In this document: one piece after another, positions 55,601 through 64,000 of the stretch
How the letters are laid out: each line of letters begins with the position of its first letter
Position numbering within the stretch: position 1 is the stretch's first letter
Origin: Bugula neritina
Lineage: Eukaryota; Animalia; Bryozoa
Reading direction: 5' to 3'
NCBI GenBank assembly: GCA_964035545.1
Contig: OZ037768.1
Span: 21,435,700 to 21,499,699, forward strand
DNA: 64,000 nucleotides
Program-made: the position numbers and the translations under genes
The notes under the pieces: model-generated
Told to the model about the DNA's origin: nothing
The model's database searches: none
What the model saw: only the letters and a program-made list of their open reading frames with translations

Positions 55601-58600
55601 AAACATTAAATGACTCATAAACTACATTATTAATAAGCAATTCCAACACCCTGTAATCAAGAGCAGATGTATAGTATTTCGTTTTGATTCGTTCAAATAT
55701 GAGTGCAACAACTAACACTAAGCACGATGCCCAAAAGCCGGTCAGCTCTGGTTTCAGTGCTAATGCGTCTAACCCAATTTCTGTAATTTCAACAGTTGCT
55801 TTAAGAAAATCGCTGTCTTCTACAAATTGCTTGAGATTTATCAGTCTAACCCTTAGATGAGTGATATAACTGACTTCTACGCCTACATTATTTTCAGATT
55901 GTATTGATGGCCTAAGTGACCATCTATGTATGAGTTTGCTGCTAGATCTACTAGGACCGCTCCAAATACATGTATTGCAAGAATGTTCGGAAGTTCCCAA
56001 TTGTGCTGATTGCAATCTGTAAGCCGCTACAACCAAAGTTCGGAGATCATACAATGTTACTACCTCAGAAACAAAAAGTTCTTTCATACTAACTAGAGCA
56101 TCATTGGCAATTCTCTCCTGTTCTTTACAAAATATTTCGGGCTGAATAGAACATCTCCTTGGCTCAGCCAGAGATTCGTGACCTACTTGAGGTTTGATGT
56201 GATCACAGCTTGCTACCAGTGTAGTTAAGCGAATAAGATCTTCCATTAGAAACTTGTTAAGCTTCATATCATTTGTCAACGACTGAAACATTAAAATAAT
56301 TAGCTCATTGGCTAATACATCAAACTTGGTGCATGTGTGGTTTGTAGGTGTTTGCCACATAGAATTTTCCTGGCCGTGTTCATTTTGCCAATGTTGATAG
56401 GTTAAAATTATGCATAGAACAAGTATCATGCAATCATAAAGATAATGACTGCTGTTGCCTTCATCTATATCCTTTACAACTTTCTCGATACTTTCTACGA
56501 ATGAGCCTCCATTCGGTGCCAAAACCATTTGCGATTTGAGCTTCTGTAAGTACCTTATAAGTTCCTGAGGGTTCGGTTCTTCTTGCCACTTCACATGCAG
56601 CTGCCCTTTTTCACTTACAGACTCTGGTATTGTAGACTCTGGTATTGTAGACTCTGGCATTGCAGATTCTGGTATTGTAGAATCTGGTATTGTAGACTCT
56701 GGCATTGCAGATTCTGGTATTGTAGAATCTGGTATTGTAGACTCTGGAATTGCAGAGTCTGGTATTGTAGACTCTGGAATTGCAGAATCTGGTATTGCAG
56801 ACCCTGTGCAATCATTAATTGATCCTTCTAGCGTAGAGTTAAAACTTTTAAATTCTATGTCTGATTTATGTTTGATGTTTGAAAAGTATTTGGACGATGA
56901 TTCAGAGATGGCAGCAGAAAGACTGAGAAGCTGTGCAGTTGTCAAATGCTGACGCTGAATGTCTGATATCACATGATCAAGAAGCTGTTGATCAGATTCC
57001 AGATCGTCTTGTTTTGGAGAGCTACTTTTCTTTTCGGCGTCTTCAATTACTTCAATATCAAAATCTTTGTTATCTAAAGAAACATGGCCGATTATCTCTC
57101 CAGCAGAATGAGCTTTTAACAACTTCTGTGCAAAATTGGACAGCTGTCTCATTTCCAATTGCCCTAAATTTCCGGCATCAACTTCGTCTATTAGATGGTG
57201 CAAATAATCTCGAAGCTTTTTATCTCCATCAATAGGGCTGTCTTTGTTGCTCTGTTTTTTAGAAGTGACTTCTAACGAATCACGAATTGATAAGAAACTG
57301 GACATTCCAAAACCAATCGGGTCAGTAGGTGCCTCTATACTGAACTTTCTTTCTCGCTTTTTACCAGAGTTAGCCTGAGTAAAGGGTATGGAACCGCGGG
57401 GTGAGTTTGACAAATGAACATGACCACCAGCATCTAAATTAAACTCTTTAGAATGTGACAAGTCAGTTACTTCTTTAGCTCCATCAACCACAGTGCTATG
57501 GCTAAACTTAACAGCCCGTTGCACTGGCCGAAGCAAAAATTCAGGCTTTTCTGCAGTCTTTTTCTCTTCTTTATCCGCATCACTAAATTCTCTTTTGTCT
57601 TTAGCCTCATCACAAGACGCTACAAAATAAGTTTACTCATAATTATCCCGAGTATCAAACTATTTGCAGTGTCTAAAATCATAAGCTCACAAAATATAAT
57701 ACTGTAATTGCTGAGCATTATTGACACATGTAATAAAAATGTTCAGAATTTAAATCAATTAAATAAAGAAATTGCTTAAAAGTCATTCATTGTACAGCCC
57801 ATACTGAAATATACTTACTATAATTACAGTTTATGCATGGTGCTCTACTTTTTGAAGAGCCGATTAAGGAACAAGAGCATTACTCAGTATCAGTAACTAA
57901 ATATTAGCAACTGCCAAAACAAGGTCACCAGCTTAACCAATCATAACCTGGGTCAGCTCTGAATGCCAAAACTACACTTCATCTATTATACCTGTACAAC
58001 GGTCAATACTACTCAGCAAATTAAAACCTAATGCTTAGTAAACCTACCCCTCTTGTGCCACCGTTCATTGTCGGGGTCAAGATATACCACTCCCTTGCTA
58101 CAAGCCGTACCTGTAGAACAAGATGTTGTTCAGCTCGATAGTGCTCCGCTACTTGGTAAAAACCTATTTGCCACATGCTTTACCTACTCACTGAGCCAAC
58201 CTTAACTACAGTCGATTGACAAATATTAGATAAAATGCTGACTTATATTAACAGAAACATAATCGATCATACCAATTTTGTTGCAATAAAGTTTAAAACT
58301 TTTCAAGAATGAACTAATTTAACTTATACATAATGCTTTCTACCATGTACAGGAATAATTTGCAAAGTGTAGTTGTGACATTTTTTTTATTTATGAGCAG
58401 TAAAATAGATCCATTTGAACCAATAAGTGCAACGAAATGCAGTCTATCAATTTCATTAAAAATCTAGTTTCATTATACCTGAGGTATGAGAGTTTTCTTC
58501 GTGGGACTCTTCATTGTCGGCCATGACAGTTTCAGAGTTGGAACCTGAAAGAAATTATTTTCACAGAATGGTTGTTCTCCCTTGACTACTTATGTAAAGG

Positions 58601-61600
58601 TTGGGAAATTCTGACTAGTATACGATGGAGAAAGATCTCTGTGTTTTTAAACATATCACATACTTATACAGATTAGGAAAGATGGTGTAATACATTTATC
58701 GTAGCATACAGTGAACTTTTTTCAACCACCTGTCTTGATGTATATAGTAAAAAGATTGCAAAATTTAGAGGATGGTTTTGAATAAATCCTTTATAAGTAA
58801 TGCTGTTGTAAATGCTGCTTAAATTTAAACAAAAAATTGTCAGATATAATAGTGTGTTATTATCAAGTGTCAGAATAACAAACAGATGACAATTTTAACC
58901 TATATCAAATATAGATACCTGTATAATGGTATCCGGTAAAAATGACACAGTAATAATATCACAAATGGAAAAGTAGGTAAAATGACACATTTTCAGTGTT
59001 GGGGTTGGAGGTTTGGGGTTTGGGCAAATTTAACATCAGTATGCTATTTTACTTACTTTTCTAGTTATGCCAATATTACCTGTGTCATTCTTACCTGTAT
59101 CATTTGTACCTAAAACCCTGTATGACTGCAGGTAGACAAGTGCCATGATGAAACAATGCTCTTTATTGAACAAGAATGACTTATCAGACTATACTATAAT
59201 TTGTGATATTTATTAAAGGTCAATGCACTATCTCGGTAAAGTTTTAAGTGTAACACATAAACTAACAAAAACATATATTAGAAACAAACTAAAAAGATGA
59301 CTAAATGTAATGAAAACTGCATGTTACCTTTACTGACTATATTCTCAATTGGTTCATCTGATGTGAGGTTGATATTTTCTGATCTAATTGGTCCACGTGA
59401 ATCATCTAGTACATGTGATGTGACACAAGTTATTGGAGGTGTGGTCGATTCACGGTTTTGTAGAGGCAAACTAAAGTTGGAATTAGATTTCAATGAATCA
59501 GAATTCAAACAAGGGGAAATGACTGGTGACCTTGAACTTGCTGACCTCTCTATTGACAGCACTGAGAAGGTAGGAGAAGCTGGTGATGAGTGGTCAGAAA
59601 GAGTTGGTGTTTGAGGGTTAAGATTTCCAACCGAGGAAAGAGATGATTGCTTGGCAATTAGAGGGGTTGGTAGAGTGGATTGTTCTTTTACATCTTCAAC
59701 TTCTAAAAGATGCATAAAATACACAGCAACCTTACACACATAGAGCTGTAACTTTGTATGAGTAGTAAAGTGTAGGGAAAGGAAGGTGGTATCAAATAGT
59801 AAGACAACAAAGGTAATTAAAATATCCTACAGTTACACTGATATCAATCATAATTTTTGATGATTTTAGATTATTTTTTTCTGATGATACTAAATCCAAG
59901 CTGTTAGCATAACACCTATTAAAAATAAACAGCTTCGTATGTTTGAATCAAAATTTAAACTCCATTGTTATCACATGCACTTTCACTCACTTCAAATCAG
60001 TCTACAGCCAAAAGTATGACAATGCAGGTGCCAGGCATATGCTAAACATATTCTATAAGTGTAACCTATAAAGGGTAAAAACTGTTGCAGATTGTCGCAT
60101 TATGTATACTTAGAAATTGGCATCACAAATAAAGTTAAACTTTGCTGAACTACAAATTTAAAGAGAAAAGATGACAAAGCATGTACAAGTAAAATGCTTT
60201 GAATTCAGCTGTAAAGACAGCACATGCAGATCATAGGCAGCTGAACAAACATATGCCACATACGTATGATCTTTTAATGAGAGACGAATTTATAAAGACA
60301 AGAGTGTTGGATGACAAAGTGCTATTAGCTAGCTATTATTAGTAAGTTACTGAATATTGAATAGAGTTTAACAATTATAGTAAATCTTTTAACCTAAATT
60401 ATAAAAGCCAAAGCATATGCAGTTATGAACATATTTGAATTTACTTTTATTAGCTTTATTGTGCGTCACTTTACAGCGAATAATATGGTAAGCCAACACC
60501 TACGTCTATTACTTCACCCTGTTGAATAATTCTTCTACTGCGTTATAATATATTAGGCTACCGCAAAAATTATACCTTCTCTAGTTTTTTAATACAAATT
60601 TTCCCTATGAAAAGCACTAATAACTCATAAGTCAGTAAGTCAAATATTTACCAACTTAATAAATTGAATAAACTAACAGTACTAAGATAATGCTCTTGAA
60701 ATAGACAAGGATAAATAATGCACACAAACATAATAATGCTATATATAAATACCTGAAAGTGGTTATAGTTAAACTTTCTAATTTTGCTTACAAAGCTATT
60801 AAATGAAATGGCTTCAGATTTTAGTAATAAAAAACATAACAGTTAGCATTTTACTGAAAATCATATTTTAGCAAAAGTAGGGATGCGAAAAATGCCATTG
60901 TTGCAATGTTGAGCAAAAAAATTCAAAATAACTATTTTGAATTTACTGATTGAAATTTAGCAATTAAATTTGTATTCTTTATAGATTGGATTTCTTTCTT
61001 TAATTAAAACTGGTTTTTACATTAAAACCTTTGATTTTATAATAACCCAATTAAACTATATCTATTCAAAGGAATAAATAACACATTTTGCTTATAAGCT
61101 TTGAGACTCTCCAAATTTAAAATAATTTTGTTCTCTTAAATAACCTCAAAATTTAACTGAACAGCTTCTGTTAAATGTATACATGTGCATTAGTTTCAAC
61201 TTACCATTGTTTTCTTTGGTGTTCAGTGCAATTTCTTGTGAAAGATGTCCAGTAGACTGGGCAGCCATAATAATCACAGAAGGGGCTTCTGATGGTGGTG
61301 CAGCTGCTTCCATCAGAGGTGTGGTTTGATCCTTATATGCTGAAGCAAAAGCTGAATGAGACAAGCTTTTCTCTAATTCTATTGGTTCCAGTAATGGATC
61401 TGACTGCCCAATGAAAGGTGCTGCAAAGTCTGTTGAATGTCTAGAGATTGTGGCTGGTGTGTTTATTTCGTCTAAACTCATTTCTATCAGAGTGGTAGAC
61501 AACTCCAACAAAGATGGTGTTAAGTTTTGGGCTGATTTGTTTTCAGTTATTACTGCGGCACTGAGGCTTGCAGTCAAGGGCTGGTCTGAAGATTCAGCTT

Positions 61601-64000
61601 TTGTTTCAGTCATGCTTTCTGTAATTTGATGCTTAATTTGATCGATTGCTACAGCACGCGACCTTCCTTGTAGGAGGGTAGGTGAACCTACAATCTGCCT
61701 ACAGTTTGCAGCAATCTTTGGTACAGTTTGAACTACTTTTACAGGCGTTGCATGAGTTACTTCAGGTTTGTTTAAAGAGTTGGCTTTAATCAGCTTTCCT
61801 TTTTGAGTCAGAGGTCTCACAGAGTCACAGATTAATGGCTGCCGTTTTATAGTACTGGCCTGGTCTATAGAAATCAATGATGTTGACTTTCGTCGAGGTG
61901 CTCCATAATCATTGGTTGTGAATAATGGCTTTTTGTTTTCTTGTGATGCGTTTGAAGACAAGGCTTCTGAAGCGAGGTTTGGTGTCACAAAACTTTTCAA
62001 ATTTAATGACAAATCATCAAATTGGGTTAAAAACTTGTTAAAGTTTTGAAAAACAGCTGAATTTGTAGACTTTGAGAGTTCCGCAATTGGCGATGCTGGA
62101 CAGGTGTTTAGACTTTCAATGCCAAGTGATGTATTGGAGTGGTCTGAGCTGTTCACCTCGACCAAATTACAGGCAGTGAATGAATTTGATGGTGACATCT
62201 GAACAGGCTTTTGAGAGCTTGGTAAACTTAGAATGTTATTTAGAGGCTGATCACTTAGAGAGTCAAACTTTTCTTCTGATTTTTGAGAAAGTTGTGCAGC
62301 AGGAAGTTTTTTTGAGCTTACTGGCTGTTTGATGCCAACAACTTCTTGACAGTCATTTAAACATTTGATACTGTTTGTGTTTAAGACTTTGTTAGTAGTT
62401 GCATCATTGGATGATTGCTGTAGATGGTGTGAAAGCTGACATTTGGATGGCTGTTGAGACTCGTGAGAATGTTGGCAGCCGGCCACTTCATAAGAATTGT
62501 GTTGAGAGCTCCGAAATTTCTGATCACTCAATGTCTTTGTAGCATCAAAAGAACGTTGACAAATATTTTCAGAAATAGGTGTCATTTGAGAACTAGGATT
62601 ACACCCAACACTAGGTGTTTGTTGAAGCTTTCGCAATGTTGAACTTTCAGACAAGGAGTGTTGACCATCTTGACAACTTTCGAAGGTAGGTATTGTTAGA
62701 ACATTATTTAAGGCACTACCATCGAATGTTTTAATAGAGGATTGTCTGAAATTATCAGGGCATATGCAGCTAGGTGTCTCCAATAATGGGAGTGAAACTT
62801 CAGCCATAGCTGCTGTTTCCAAACTGAGTCGACTTTTGTTACAAAAGGAAGACTTAAAAGAATCAGCACTATTGCATAAACTATGTTTGATACCTTGAAA
62901 ATTTAAAGATCTTTGAGAAGAAGACAGTGCTGCATTAGATAAATACTGGGAGACAAGTGTACTTTCTAAGCTTGGTGTCAGAGTGGAATTTCGCAAACTT
63001 CCAATACTGACGGTCGTTTGAACCTCATGCAAGCTGGGCAAAGATGAAGAATTTTGAGGTACCATTAACTTCTTATCAAGAGGAAGCTGTCGAGTATCAT
63101 AAAGATCTTCCATACTAAATGTTATTCGAGTATCATGTAAACTTTCAGTACTGGGTGTTCTGGGAGATGAGCATCTGTTCATACTATGAGATCGAGCAAT
63201 GCTCGGGGTTGTTGAAGCATTTAAGATTTCAAAACTAGAACCCTGTGTGTCGTCTGAAATTTGTTGAACAGAAGGTATAGTGTCAATATTCTCTAAATTT
63301 TGTAAAGCATACGAATTGAAGATGGGTGTCATTTGAGAACTATGCAAACTTCCCATACTAGCAGACTGGTGTAGTGTAGGGGTACTGGATCTTCTTTGAA
63401 GTGTGTTAGATTTTTGATTTGCAGAAGAGTGAAAACTCTCAAAACTATCTATACTAATTAGCTCTTGAGAATTGTTTACAGCATTACCATCAGGTGTTTT
63501 GGCAGCCGACTCTCTGCCTAAACTGTGTAAAGATGCTGTGCTGGGTGCAGTTATCTTATCAAATGACAAGCTAGAAGCTTTTAGATCATAGCTAATTGGA
63601 ATCTCAGAAACATTTTGGTTCTGAGGTGAACCCTGAAAACTTCCTGGAGTTTTCATAGAATATTGAGAATTGCACAAAATTGATGGAGTCATCTGAGAGC
63701 TATGTAAACTTTCAACACTAGCTGTTAGTGGAAGAAAAACTTCGGGAGATTTTGAAGGTGTGCTAGAACCCTCAGGATTTAGAGAGCGTTGATCAATAGT
63801 AATTTTCCCTAAGCCAAACAATTCTTGAGAAATGTTACAGCTTTGAACACTAGGTGACCTTGCAAGAGTATGTTTTTCTAAATAACAAGAGCATGTTGAA
63901 ATTGTTGATCTTGACATACTGTGTGAAATTTCAGATTTTGGTGGATTTTGCAAATTTTCTTCAATATTTATAGATTCATCAGTTTGGTCATTACAAATCA
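47319..64000 (-). CDS. Giant uncharacterised repetitive protein, 5' partial (Ser-rich region, helical-repeat region, basic tail)
   Basis: Very long exons (>2.8 kb at ~61200-64000; ~3.5 kb at ~54109-57620) and smaller exons at ~59328-59702, ~58479-58545, 53980-54012, 53085-53180, ~52320-52570, ~51780-52015, 50933-51088, ~49850-50038, ~49312-49543, ~48369-48775, ~47725-47851. Last exon ...PDFSCYSINKKILKK* with stop at 47321-47319. Several phase-1 joins checked by hand; I have not proven it is a single gene. Confidence 0.7.
52594..52672. repeat. (TA)n/(TACA)n microsatellite, intronic
   Basis: Direct inspection. Confidence 0.9.
56619..56801 (-). repeat. Coding 15-bp minisatellite, 12 x [I/M]P[D/E]S[A/T]
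   Basis: Plus-strand unit CTCTGGTATTGTAGA; in frame within the 1146-aa ORF. Confidence 0.95.
58935..59095. mobile_element. Small foldback (MITE-like) element with a G-rich centre
   Basis: ~55-bp imperfect inverted arms (GGTAAAAATGACACAG... / ...CTGTGTCATTCTTACC) around GGGGTTGGAGGTTTGGGGTTTGGG. Confidence 0.6.

Noticed and set aside
54574-62642. Short plus-strand and alternative-frame ORFs overlapping the giant exons
   Set aside because: Antisense or frame shadows of real coding exons and of the 15-bp repeat.

Overview
AT-rich, intron-rich animal genomic DNA with no prokaryotic features. It is probably an invertebrate; the taxon cannot be fixed from sequence alone. I assembled the spliced genes by hand from GT-AG sites and frame continuity. 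In order: the last two exons of an axonemal dynein heavy chain (DNAH3-like, +); a type I Ig-domain membrane receptor (+); PARP16 (+); ARMC6 (-) head-to-head with an ESCO2/Eco1 cohesin acetyltransferase (+); a two-exon orphan gene (+); microsomal triglyceride transfer protein MTTP (-); and the 3' part of a giant unrecognised repetitive protein (-, >2,500 aa in the window). Mobile and repeat content: a solo LTR with ATAT target duplication, a 1.3-kb TA-flanked TIR element, four tRNA-like dispersed repeats sharing an upstream leader, a SINE, a foldback element and several satellites. The most unusual signals are (i) long 'drifting hexamer' tracts beside the inferred 5' ends of PARP16, ARMC6 and ESCO2, (ii) a degenerate two-helix repeat plus PP1/PKA motifs in the giant protein, (iii) a minisatellite that amplifies an MTTP splice donor, and (iv) a DR1/HNF4 + GATA module upstream of MTTP. 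Exon coordinates are manual and may be off by a few nt.
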